64,000 nucleotides of DNA from Chrysomallon squamiferum (GCA_012295275.1 CM022671.1:7688001-7752000), one strand, 5' to 3'; shown: positions 13,216 through 26,433, numbered from the stretch's first letter. Numbers and translations are program-made. Notes: generated from the sequence alone by a model not told the origin.

Positions 13216-14096
13216 ATTAATACATAAAAGCATTCAGTTAATTTTCTCTGTACAGCAGATTCTGATTTTTTTTTTAAAATGGTGAATTCTTTTTTTTTTT
13301 TCTTTTTTTTTCCAATTAGTCAGCAAAGGATTGTTGTCACCTAACTGCCACAGTAACATTTTCATAAAACAAAATAATTACATTTCATATCAGTACAGTG
13401 GCATATGATAATAAACTTTTGGATCTAAGAACTCCTATTAAAACTGTTGTATGAAAAAACAACAAAAAACATCAACATTTATGACAATCCAACATTTTTA
13501 ACCACAAAAGGTTAACAACATTATTCTATTTATTTTTTAATTACTAACAGTTGACTGTTATAATCATTCTTAAACTGCTATTTTTTTACACTTCACATTT
13601 TTATTTTATATTTCTGTTCTATTTAATAACAACAGAACTAGTTCTCACCAATTCTTTTAATACTAATTTTCATTTGCACTGCTAATAGCTCCACTAGTCT
13701 CTTCCATTCTATCTCTTTCTCTTATTGTGCTGTCTCGTGTTTGTTGGGTCTTTACCTACAAATACACTAACACATTTAAACTTTTGATTCTTTTTTAATT
13801 TTTTACTCAGATACAAAAATGTGTGTGTGTGTGTGTGTGTGTGTGTGCTTGTGCGTGCTTGTGCGTGTGTTTGTGAAATATGTTAAATAATGTTAAACTA
13901 AGAATATATTCTCTGTTGGGTGTTATAACAGTGGTAAAATTATAAATAAATTAATATTTATCTACATCAGTATAAATATGATATCCTTAAATGACACTAA
14001 TAATTACTACAGTTTTACAGCTTTTCAAAGTGCTTTTGTGTGCATGTGTGTTTGTTTATTTAAGTCAAATTATTCATTTTTCTGCTTTGTCTTAAA

Positions 14097-14319
14097 TTAA
14101 CCCTATGAACTGTGAGCTACTGGTTTGTCATAAGCTACAGAGTTGACATCTCATATCCTACATTAAGAAGATGAATCAAACAGGCATAATGATTGTGCTG
14201 TGATTACTGCCTTCATATACATAATTAATCTTAACCTTGATTCCAGACTAACCAGTCCTGTAGAATGTAAGAAAATAAGGAACTCTAAGTTTACTCGTAC
14301 TATGGGCTCAAAGGGTTAA
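14097..14319. mobile_element. Decayed non-autonomous piggyBac-like MITE with TTAA target duplication
   Basis: TTAA|CCCTATGAAC at 14097 and GCTCAAAGGG|TTAA ending at 14319; termini are 8/10 inverted-complementary; no ORF. Confidence 0.6.
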
Positions 14320-15184
14320 TAAGTAAAAGCAGTTGGCAGCGTTAGGTTGGCAAATGGCATGTCACGTTTACCTGGAGAAAACATACCAGTCACTTTTTAA
14401 AAAGTACATGCTTCTCTTTATCATCTTTTTATTTATTATGGAATGTATATTATGGAGAAAATGTTCAGGTAAAAGACATCAAAATTTGTTCACAAGCATG
14501 TACATGAATGTATGCATGCATCCATGTGCACAACATACACACACACATACACACATACAAGAATACAAGTTTGCAAGCACAAATCTGATGTAATTATATA
14601 AATTCATGTCACTTCTCTATATATCAGGCACAATGTTGTATTTTTGGAAATTATTTACACTTTGTAAACAGTAATGAACACTTACTTTCACTGGATGAAT
14701 TAAAAGTTTGCATTTCATCAGTGATGTAATGAGATCTCTTTTTAATTTTGTAATAATCTCAGAAATGAGAGATAAAATTAAGAGAAGCATGTTCTGTTTT
14801 TGTTCATCTGTTTATTTGCATGATTGTGCTATATGTGCATGTATAAATATGCTTAAACATTATTTTTTGGTTACAAGTGAATATGAAAGAAAGGTTCAAA
14901 AAGGAAAGAAAAACATTCGAAATAATGATTTATAATTAAAAAGCTGCAAAAATAGATTTAGTCTTTAGGAACACCTGCTTTATTCAGGAGTATCATATCT
15001 AAAGTGTTTCTATGATGAAACAAACAAAAATACTGAATACAACCATTATACTGCAGTTTGATTGTTTTGTTTACAGACAGACACCATACTTTGCTAATAA
15101 TAAAGCAAGGCAATAATATATTAAGGATATGCATTGAAACTGTCATTTTCCTTTCTTTCTTGGCATCATGTTTTGATAGAAATG

Positions 15185-15215
<31 letters not shown>

Positions 15216-15905
15216 ACCTGCAGAATTGATGCATCTTTCAGATTTTAAATTTGTCTGTATGTAATGATTTTGTCAAAGAAAGGAAAATGGAAGCATCCCT
15301 GCATTCTTCAATGGGCTCATTGTATTATTGTCATGCTATATATTAATGCCAAAGGTTGGTGTCTAGAAACAAACAAAACAGTTTTTTAGCAGTATATGTA
15401 ATGTGTTTAGATTGTTTGTTTTTAATCATCATAGAAACATATTAATGAAATTTGTTATTAGTGTTTATGTTCCATTATGGAATTAGATTTCAACTCGGTC
15501 AGATAAATTGTAAAATCATTAGGATATTCTAATTTTCCTTACCCATTTATTTCTTTAATGATCTGATAAATTCTCTGTCTATCCATACAGTCAAGTCTTC
15601 CCTTATCATATTTCAAAAAAGTTTCAAAGTTTACAGATAGTTATCCATAATTTAAAGAACTGTTACTCTGAATTTCAAAAAGACAGTCAATCTATAATCA
15701 TTTTTTATTATTAAAAAAAAAAAAAAAAAGGGTAGGATGAGTGACTGAGCATAACAAAACAAAACTTAATAGACACCAGTGTTCAAAAGTTTAAAAATTT
15801 TATATAACATCAAAACATTTTGGTACTACTTCTCTCAACCTTCTCAGTTGTTAAGAGATTATTTTCTTTGTTCTGAAATAATTTTGATTGTTTGTATCTT
15901 TGTAG

Positions 15906-17311
15906 GGCAAGCTGACAGCACTGGTCTAGTTCTACCCTCAGCCGAAGGATCCAGTCTTAAGACATCATTACAGCACACAAATTTACATGAATATATGAAA
16001 AGTAAAATAGAGACTGCCTTGAGAGATGAAATGCCTAGCAGTCAGTCTGAAATGCAGAAAAAAGGTCAGCCAGAAACTCAGCTCCTTGGCATGAGACTAC
16101 AGAGTCCAGTGGATTCTTCTCAAATGTCACATGCCAACCAGCCACTGGCGAAACATCAGGTGGGACATGATGAGGTGCAGCTTCAGACTCAAAGAGAGTC
16201 ACAAGAAAATGAGCCTCAGTCATCATCAGTCAGACATCATTTATTGGAAGGACAAAACATGGATGATCACAGCGATGTTAAACAAGCAGAAGCAGACTCT
16301 AAACCATCTCAGGGAGAAGGTGATGTGATGAAGGAAATGACAGATGATCATTCTCAGAAAGGAAGTCAGCAAGGCTCAAAAAGCAAAACATCAGCAGCTG
16401 AATCATCAGACCAGTCTCTTGCCTCCACACAACAGGCAGCCAGCAAAAAACGTGCCAACAGTCGACAGGCAACTAAGTTAGCAGCTTCCAGAGACCATGG
16501 ACGAGAAATGCACAAGTCGTCGGGTAAAAAGTGTCTGAAGTCAGAGTATGATTTCCCAGACAGTCCTGATGAAGAGTGTCTTGGGAAGACTCCAAGCAGC
16601 TACATGGCTCTCTCTGGAACTGTTCGCAGTCCTCGACGTGGTCATGTTGATAGCTCAGACAGTAAAACAACATCTGTGGCAGCATCAGAATCAGCAAACA
16701 AGGCAGCAGACACTCCAACAGTGGACTCTGGTTCACTGGACTCTGACAGTGTGAGCTCACAGTCTAAAGATCACAATAAAACTGAATCACTTGATATTGC
16801 AGAACGTCCTCAGTCAATGGAACATGGAAAGACCAGGTTTGGTACTCGAACTAGTAATGAAGATGTGGATGATTCTGTGGACAGTACACGTTCGGATCCT
16901 GCAGCAGCTGAATCAGGTGACAAGATTGACAGTTCCACTGATGTTTCTGTCAGTGTTCCATCAGGCGAATCTGCCAGAATGTCAAAACCATCTTCACCAA
17001 GAATTCACAGCAGCAGTCCACGTTTGGGAGCAGATATGTATGAGGCAGCAGACGTTAGTTCCCAGAGTCAAGCCGACAGTGTGAGTTCCGGGGCATACGT
17101 ACAACAGTCTCGCAGCCCTCGATCTTCTGACTACAGCCGGCCACATTCTAGCTTGGACGTTCCCAAGAGTTCTGCTTATTCTTACCCTGCTTCCCAGCCT
17201 GTTGTGTCTAGCATGTTACAGGAATCGGTTCATTCTGTCATATCTCGAGATAAAGAATCTGCTCCTTGTTTATCGTCACAGTATGAAATGCTCTCAGATG
17301 ATGAGGATTAA
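15906..17311 (+). CDS. NCOR: NCoR terminal coding exon with LSD motif
   Basis: tttgtag acceptor; degenerate CoRNR-like LHEYMKSKIETALR; ends APCLSSQYEMLSDDED-TAA (SPEN/SHARP-binding LSD motif). Confidence 0.94.
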
Positions 17312-19846
17312 TATAAATACAACATTACAGAAGACCTCAGAAATGGTGACTACTCACTGTGGCAGCATGAAGTGATTTTCATTAATCATTTATCTGCTGA
17401 TCATGGAGATTCTGTTTTAGAATTATTGCTGAAGTGTAGATAACATCTTTTACCTGCTTGTAGGATATATAAATATGTAAAAATTAAAATAAATTAAATT
17501 AAATAAATAGAAAATTATTTGTTGAAGAAAAACAAGAAAATCCTTGATAGTGAAGGAGCAACATTTATTTTAAACTGTACTGCATTTAAAATAATGCAGT
17601 TTCACGAAATTAGATAGAACATTTCATTTCATACTCACTTCATTATCAGATTTAACATGTACATTTAAAACATTAAGAGAAATGTTTGAGAAAAGTTTTA
17701 AATGTTAAAGGACACACTTTCTTTGTTTCTGATATAGTTATATATCACTTGAAACAACATTTTTCTTGTTTTTGTTTTCTTTCATTTTTTATTTATTTAT
17801 TTAAGAGTTTTTATGGTATCATGTTATATTTTGATGTATGTACACACATTTAATTATCTTTGCATGTGACAAAAAATTTAATTGCTTTATATGTACATAA
17901 TATTTTTTGCTTTGATTTTTAATACTTTTTTTTTTTTTTTTTTTTTTTTAATGATTTTTCTTTTTAAGGTTTTTACCAAATACATTGAAACTGAACTTGT
18001 AAATAAATTTTTATTTTGAACCATTTTCAAAACTATTCTTCCCTTCCAATATTTTAAAAACAGTAATTATTATTTTCAGTAATTTGATTTCAATTCCATT
18101 TTCTTCAGAAAAAAATAAATAAGAGAGAGCGAGAGAGAGAGATTTCGGTTTTGTCACATGTAAATATTAGTTAATTTTGGTTAAATGAAAAAATTGTATT
18201 CCTTATTGTAACTTTGTCTCATTATTTGAAACATTACGTTAAAACAAATAATAAAAACATGAAATATTTAAAAATTGGCTTTTGTTTTCTGTTTCAGTTA
18301 TTCAGATTAAACACATAATAATAATTAATTAATTGGGTAACTAACTAATAGATTAATATCTATTAGTTTCATCACTGGATCATTTGCAAGCTCATTTTTA
18401 GCAAAATATCAAAATTGGAATTTATTTATCACTCCCATTACTGTTGCCAAACGGTCAATAATCAATAGTGACTTAAGACTTGGTTTTATGTGACAGGCCA
18501 GTTTGTAAAAATGAAATGTCACTTACTTCTTAATTATCATATCTTATTTCAAAGGCAATATATTCCTCACTCTTTTTAAAGTATTTTTTTGTAGCTTCGT
18601 TGTTTTGCATGTCAGCACAGAAATTACACTGGAATTTTAATCTTCTGACTGGAGTTTAGGTAGAAATTTCATTTGCATTACTCACACAGTAAAGTTGTCG
18701 TCTCCTGGTAATTGCTATAAGGAAATCTGTTCTAGCTGCCCAAATATAAATGTGTATAAAACTGGAATGGCTATTTTTGTTTTATGTTGCTGTCTGCCTG
18801 CAGTTTATTTTGAATCTTTCTACTTACAGCAAATAAATATATATTGCATCCTTTAAAGTATCCAGCTGAATGCATTATTTTTCAGTAGTTTACACATTAT
18901 CTGTGACATTTCAAGGTTTCAACTAACAAAACCCATTGAACTACATAAGTGTATGTGTATTTGTACAGTAACAAATTCATCTTTCACAACAAATAGGTTA
19001 TGTATTGTTCTGTATTTGCATAGCCGGGCAGTTTATATTGTATATAAATGTTACCACTAATAAAGTGAATGATTATACAAGAATAAAAATATTAAAATTT
19101 ACATATACAGTTCATGTTGTAAACAAAAATGGACTTACGTTTCTTCTTTAAGACATCTTTCAGGTTGAGTACCTGTTTATTACTGGCACATGTGAATGTA
19201 TATGTAACATTAATATTTATTTTTAGTAAATAATGAAATCTGAACTAAGTGCAATGAAAAATCACACAAGTACAAAGAATCAATTCAGATGAGTCTGTCA
19301 CACCTTCACACACAATGCTGATTATCAAAGGGACATAACTCTTAAAATACGGCTCTTAAACATAACAAGTGTTGGAATCTACACAACCACTGTAACACAT
19401 TAAAACAATAAACCATTCGAAAAAAATTATTTTTTTATTCAGATATGAAATTAATAATCTCTTCAAATAAAATATAAACAGCAATACTCTGACCTAACAT
19501 TAATTTTAATCATGATACTGACCTTACTAACAAGCAATTACAAATGTTATTAATTTATTTATTTATAAAAAAAGATATACATATTAAAAATAACACATTG
19601 TGGTGTACTGCATTTTTTAATGTTAATTAATAGATTCAATATCAAAGTTTACAATTGAGGTTTGTTCAGTTCTCAACTGGCAGTAGAATTGGAAAAACAT
19701 TCAAAATTAGTACAGAACAGTCATTTGCAACCTCAAACACAATTTGTTTATTATACTGGAAGACACCTACAGTGACCTATAGAAGCTGTATTTCAGCTGT
19801 TCGTAAAAAACACTGCTTAATATAACTAGCATACACAAAACAGTCT

Positions 19847-20210
19847 CAAGTAGATAACCGATTACTGTTAGTGACCGATTTAAGTAGATAACTGACATGC
19901 ACTTAAGTTTTAAGTAGATAACATCTTCAGCAGTTTTAACATTTTAGATAGGTAACTGGGATGTAAAATAAATTGCTTTTAGTCAAAAACATACTAGTTT
20001 TAAGTAGATAACTGACATTCAAGTAACACTTTCAAATGAATTACCCACATTAATGTAATATTGTTTTTAAGTAGACAGCTGACATTCAGGTAACAATATT
20101 TAAACATAAATGATATTCATATAACACTGTTTCAGATAGATAACTAATCTATCATTGTTTTAAGTAGATAGTGAATATCTGTCAGTTTTTAAAAAAAATA
20201 ACCGATGTTC
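19847..20210. repeat. Degenerate minisatellite (core ttttaagtagataactgacat)
   Basis: aagtagata / gataact core recurs at about 19849, 19882, 19912, 20002, 20069, 20135 and 20162. Confidence 0.75.
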
Positions 20211-20401
20211 ATGAAGTTCCTAATTTTGACTATTTAAGTACCATTCGTGTAACACTATTTTTTTAAATGTTCACATTATTTTATACAGATTTCCGACACA
20301 TCCATGTGCTAAACTGTATTTTTTAATTTATAAATTACAGTCTAACATCAGTGTTTTACACACGCAAATGATGTCTGTGTGACAAATACACATAACAAAT
20401 G

Positions 20402-20642
20402 TTATCTACGAGCTTCTGGTCGACGTATAGCTGTCTGTGCACGACCACGATTTTTAGCTTCAGGTCTTAGTCCATGACGTTCAGGCTGCAATGATGCTTG
20501 TACAATGTCATCTGAATACACAGAGTGCGAGTGAACAGCATTGGTTGCAACAGCCTTTTTCTTGTACGACCCAGTCATCGATTTAAGCATTTGTAACAGA
20601 GCTGATGGAGCGACATTTAACTTGAGAAGGTCTAGCAAAATT
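20402..20642 (-). CDS. MZT2: MZT2 (mitotic spindle organizing protein 2 / MOZART2) terminal coding exon
   Basis: (K)ILLDLLKLNVAPSALLQMLKSM matches MZT2 core ILVDLLKLNVAPLAVFQMLKSM; minus-strand tttttcag acceptor; TAA at 20404-20402. Confidence 0.93.
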
Positions 20643-20947
20643 CTGAAAAATTAAAAATGCTTGTAAAATTCAATATTATGTATATGTTTTTGTGCTCTGT
20701 ATGTTTTAATATCATAAATAATTTTGAAAATTTGGGACAATATTTTTTATTTATTATTACTGACTATCATTTCTGCTTTCTATATAATATTTAATTCCAT
20801 GCTCAGTATGATCTGTCCTTTGTATATTTAATTATTCTACAAAATAAAAATGTAAAGTTAACTTTTTATATATTGTTTGATAATTTGAATTTGTTTTTGT
20901 GGGGTTTTTTTATAGAATTTTTAAGTATACATGAACCACAAACATAC

Positions 20948-21075
20948 TTAAAAACATCAGGATCTAAAACAACTCCAGCAAGTTGTGACAATTCATACAG
21001 TTCCGTTTCTTCTGGTGTCAAAACATTTTTACTGAGCAGAGTAAATCTCAGCACTTCTGACTTCATAGTAGACAT
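20948..21075 (-). CDS. MZT2: MZT2 first coding exon
   Basis: MSTMKSE...KNVLTPEETELYELSQLAGVVLDPDVF matches MZT2 VLSTEEMELYELAQAAG..IDPDVFK. Donor GTATGT, phase 2. An acceptor 10 nt upstream of the ATG implies an unlocated non-coding 5' exon. Confidence 0.92.
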
Positions 21076-21085
21076 CGTGTCAGCA

Positions 21086-23020
21086 CTGAAAAATACCGTC
21101 TTATGATTCTGAAACCACAAAATTAAAAATTAACAAGTTACATATAAATTTTAAATTATGTTTTTCAGAATAGACATAAATATGGAATACAGTCATTTTC
21201 TATCCTATTTTTAATTTTTATAATTTGGACAGCCTGTTTTTCATTAAATTTTTCTTTTCCACTCATATGTTCAATTTGATTTTGCTTATTACCATCCTGT
21301 GATGACTGCCAATACTGACTTTGTTAATGGTTGTTATATTTGTGACCATGTATGTTTGGTTTGTTTGTCACAATATAGTCAATTTCATTTTCCAAACCCT
21401 GCTTCCTTTTAAAATATGGAACTGGAGTTGCAGTGTGTTGTCATGATGCTGACAATTCAATCAATCTTCATTCCTTGTATTTAGCCCCTATTTCCCTAGC
21501 CATTATTAGAATAATCCAAGAATTAGACAAATTGTAACAACAGAACCAATATAACCACTATAATCTGTGTGTGTGTTTAAATTAGTTGTTTGAAAAAAAT
21601 AATAATAATAATTAAAAACAATTTAGTATTTTAAAATAAAAATAAATAAATAAATATATATATATATATATATATACATTTTCTACTTCCAAATTAGTCT
21701 GCATAATCTTCTATATTTTAAAAGAGACAGACAGTCAGAGAGACAGAAAAATCAATGCTCTTTTCGGTGATAATTAAAAGTCACATTATCATATTATGAT
21801 TAACACCGTAAATGGCGTAATACATAAGTATGATAAGACTTAAGTTTAAATTTTACGTAATTACCATTTTAAATCATTATAATTTAAAGTTTTTTAATTT
21901 TATATTTTGTGAGTTTTTATTCTTACCGAAAAGTTGATTGTTGTTATTCTTTTTTTCTTTTTTTTTTTTTTTTTTTTTTTTCACATTACAGCAACCGTGT
22001 ATTAATAAACAAAACAGTTAATAAAATTTTATTTTATTTCAGGAAGTAATGCTCTATTTTAATGACAAAATTTCTATTTTATTACGCTTCTTCATTATAG
22101 TAATAAACTAAAACAAAAAAGGAATATGGGTCAGTCTATTTTATAAATACCATTACGTTAAAGCTATAAACTAAACAACAAGCTGTAATATATTTTACAA
22201 ACATAAATCGAATGTTCCAAATACGTTTAATTTTTTTTTTAAATAGCAAAATTGTTTGATATCACATCAGTTGTAGAGATACTTTCGACGAAACTATGAA
22301 AATTACTTATCTGTATCAAGCATATATATATATATATATTTATCTTCGAATGCGCCCATCTGAGGGGACAGAAATGAGAGAAAGGACCACAGAGATGTAT
22401 TATTCAGTTAATTGGTGTTTGTAAGCGTTGTAATACTGACACATATTTAGTTGTCAGTCATCCATTTTCTTATATAAAGAAAAACTAGTTGCCGCCATTA
22501 AAAATAAATTTATATTCGCATTTTAATAATTTTATTTATTTTATTTATTCACGTAAACGCTTAATTATATAACTTGTTTCGTTGTTATTGCATTTACACA
22601 GGTTATTATAATTTATTCGAAATTTCCAGAAAACTTATTTTACGAACTGATTTTTTAAAATTACAATAAAAATTTTCTTTGATAAATTTCAAGTGTTATA
22701 TTTTTAGAAGTTAATTTGTGTTAATGTTCTTTTTGTTATGTCTCATTATGGTATGACTCTGCATGCTTGCGTTAGCTAATACAGAACGGTATTTAAGTCA
22801 AGCATTCTTTTTCCTATTAAGACTTTATTTTGATAAGAAACATTTCTGCTTATATTTTTAATGAAAACACTAATAAAATAAAATAACGGAAGGATCTTGA
22901 AGACATTGTGTAACATTTAGAAAGTAGTATATATTATACGTCGTCCATTTTCGTTAAAATGATACATTTGTTTTGATGTTCTAATGAAGAGAAAAGAAAA
23001 ATAACCTATCATCCAGCGGG
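21086..23020. promoter_or_regulatory. Candidate bidirectional promoter region between divergent MZT2 and OSBP
   Basis: ATGs face away from each other ~1.95 kb apart; locally more CpG; YY1-like GCCGCCATT at 22491-22499 and AAATGGCG at 21810-21817. Confidence 0.55.
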
Positions 23021-23145
23021 ATGTCTGACATTGTAAAGCACCACCAATCTCAGTATAGAGGCTGGATATATAAATGGACAAATTATTTGAAAGGATACCA
23101 AAAACGTTGGTTTGTCCTGCAGAATGGTTTGCTGTCTTATTACAG
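23021..23145 (+). CDS. OSBP: OSBP exon 1: PH domain N-part
   Basis: [41 protein letters not shown](R); donor GTAATG, phase 2. Confidence 0.93.
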
Positions 23146-26100
23146 GTAATGCTCGTGCCATTTCAAGGTTCTTGTTTGTTTCCGGTATCACGGCATAATG
23201 GACATTATTAATATTAATACCAACATGTACACAAACTCTTAATAATGAAGGAAACTACTTATATTCTTTTTTTTTTTTTTACTTCTTTTTTTTTTTTTTT
23301 GACGTTGAATATAGTAGGATAATTTTATGACAAGACACTATTAGCCAGCTTGTTTTGTAATGTTTAGTTTGCATATGGGGGGAAAAAAACTTCTAGTCCG
23401 AGTCTAGAATCTAAATCAAGAAGAACCCAAATTTTGGGACCGTAATAAATACTACTATTAATAAATTAATAATATATATATTTCTTCTTATTTTTATATT
23501 TATATATTCATTCTTTGGTGAATTATGCTTGGAAGCCTCCTGTTAAAGATCTGTCTTAGTGTCTAGGCTTTAACTTCAAGGAAACTGTTGTCATAATATG
23601 ACAAAGTTTAAAACAGCGACAGGTCAAGGAAATATAGAATGGGCTTTGTAATGTTATTAAACAGAAGACTTCATGAACCAATCTGTAACAAAAATATTTA
23701 TTTAGACATACACATGCACATATGTATACACATACACACACACACATATACTTACATATATACATATAGTTATTTATACATACATACATATAATAGTATA
23801 CAAAACACATATACATATATACATACATATATAGCATATTTTTTATGCACTTTATATAAAATTCAGTCAATTATTAAAATTTGAAAAATATCAAAACACA
23901 AATAATATTTTAATAATATTTTATTTAAGTTATTGTTAATAAAATGTGAGTAAAAAAATTAAAATAAAATGATATGGATGAGGTTTTTATATTTAGTATC
24001 AAGGTACTAATTAAACTGAAAAGATTTCCTTTTCATAAATTTAAAGATTAAACTTAGTCCTTTTTTCTTCTTTTCAGGAATTTTTTTATTTTTGACATTT
24101 TTCTTTTGTTTATTGCTTAATAAATAATTTTTAAATAATTATAACAACAACATTCACTTGTGTAATCATTTACCTTTATTTCATTGGTTCACTAGCCATG
24201 CCAAAATAACTCTTTTGTTGCGCAATTTCAGTTTTGTTTCCATTTGAATCTGTTTAGCTATGAATAAAATATTGGGTATAATATTTGCATACAAACATAC
24301 ATATTACTTGCCACAGATATTTTATATGTACAGAATAAATTCATATTAATATTAATAAAACATTTCAGATTCTGATATATATTTCAAAATGAAGGAAAAA
24401 AAAAAAAAAAATGACAGTAAGAAAAATGTGTCTTCATTTGTGTTGGCACATATTGTGTAACAAAAATGGTGTTTATTTTTTTTATATTTATAAAGTTCAA
24501 AATTGTACTGAAATATTTTAAGAAGAGTTTTATTTATTCTACTGCTAATTTAAGATAAATAAAGTATGTGAAGTTGTGTGATATCTTTTGTCAAAGACTG
24601 GTGTCTCCCATACATGGGTTATCAGTTGTTGTTTGCTACTGGGTCTTTATCTAAATCAGCATAATTATTATAAATAAATTACAATATTATTTGTTCTTGT
24701 TAATGCTAAAATTAAAATGGAATTAAACATAATTTTTCTTTATTATTTTAAGTTATTTTATTTTAAGTTATTTTATTTTGTTATAATTTTAATTTTAACC
24801 AATTTAATATCATGTGGTGCAATGTAATTATTCAAAAAAGAAGAAAAAAAAATAAATTGTTGATTCCTTTTTGCTTCAGCATTATTATTATTATTGCTGT
24901 AAGATACTTAACAGATACAATAATGTAAAATAAATATACCATAATTTATTATAGACCATGTAATTGTACATAACAGTATTTTTTTAACACATTTATATGC
25001 CAAGCACAGTACCAAAATCAAAACCCTTTACTTTTTTCTTTTTTTGTTAATCCATCTTTCTCATTAATGTTTTTTCTTTTTCTTTTTTGTTGTCTCATAA
25101 TATTAATTGTCCTGATAAAACCAATATACACTAATACGTTTGATTCTAATTATATGTTGTAACAGAAAATCTATTAACCCAGTGTAACAGATGGTGTTGT
25201 GTTGATTATCTCGGTCTTGGTATCAGTTCAAATTTCACATTTTTTTCTGGGGTAGTCAAAGTACCATTGAAAATATTCTCGCTGTAGCCCATTCATGTTC
25301 AGATTTTCTTTTTAATTTATAAAAATCCATCCCTAACTATCCTAATAAGTAATACCAAAATGGATAGTAATAGACGTACATGTGTGTGTGTGTTTGTGTA
25401 AGTAAAATAATTTTGTCAGAATATGTATAATAGTCATGAGAGTCGATGAGACTGATATAATAATGTTTTACAGAAATCATTCAGGCATTCTCATGTAGAC
25501 TTATTTTGAATCATCTGTATCGTGTGGAAAGACAATGGCTGCAGAAACTATTACATTTGATTAAATCAATAAATTACTCATACATTTGTTCAGTTTAAAG
25601 CCATGACATGTATTTAATATCACTGAATACATGCATGGTAGTTTTTTTTTAGTTCTATTAACTTTTCTTATAAAACACAAAGCTTATCTTAGAACTAAGA
25701 TAGATAATGTTGAGTCGTGGTAGCTGTGCTTGACAACAGCATTAATTAACTTTACTATGATCATGTTTTCAAGCCATCCTGTCTTTGTCTACTCATTTGT
25801 AAATATTGTTTGTTAAAGATTGTATCCAGTGAATTTTCAGCATTAACGCAAGTTTTTGGTATAAATTTTAAATCATGCCTGAGTTAATTTAATAAATTAT
25901 AGTTTATTTATTAACCGAGAAAAAACAATAAAGGGGACAAAAAAAACAACAAAAAAAGAGGTTTCTACATCATTAATATTAATAACTGACTACTCACAGT
26001 GTAACATCTGTTGTAAACACATTACTGAATATCATATTTAAGATACCAGCAACGTTGTCTGAACAGTTAAAAGATTATATTCAAACAATGGACAAAAGAG

Positions 26101-26227
26101 GTAAGTATTTAGTAAATATTGACATTCCATTTAGATTATAATTTTTTATATATATATATATATATATATACATTATTTAATTAACCGTGACAATTTATTC
26201 TAATGAAGACTATGCTTGGTGTTGTAG

Positions 26228-26433
26228 AAACCAGGCTGAAATGGCACACACCTGTCGTGGAACGATAAACCTGGCCAATGCTTTCATCAGCACCGAGGAC
26301 TCGTGTACGTTTATTATTTCAAATGGAGGAGCTCAGGTGTTTTACCTGAAAGCAACATCAGAGATTGAACGACAGAAGTGGGTGACAGCTCTGGAGCTGG
26401 CCAAGGCAGAGGCTATCAGGATGTTGGAAGCAG
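26228..26433 (+). CDS. OSBP: OSBP exon 2: PH domain C-part
   Basis: NQAEMAHTCRGTINLANA...ERQKWVTALELAKAEAI; phase 2-1. Confidence 0.96.

Larger units (their letters stand above)
1..17311 (+). other. NCOR: Gene span (5'-truncated by window): nuclear receptor corepressor, NCoR1/NCoR2(SMRT)/SMRTER family; 16 coding exons in window
   Basis: Exons join in phase via GT-AG. DAD/SANT1 (WTDQEKQIFKEKHLQHPKNF...SVPDCVQFYYLNKK), SANT2 (SRWTEEEM...HGRDWAAIA...[10 protein letters not shown]), GSITHGTP and GSITKGTP, RATITNDFFTAKQM (ITS-like), CoRNR-like boxes and terminal LSSQYEMLSDDED match hallmark NCoR/SMRT motifs. Confidence 0.96.

Noticed and set aside
6218-17084. Antisense and alternative-frame ORFs overlapping NCoR exons
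   Set aside because: Shadows of GC-richer coding exons; no recognisable motifs or independent splice structure.
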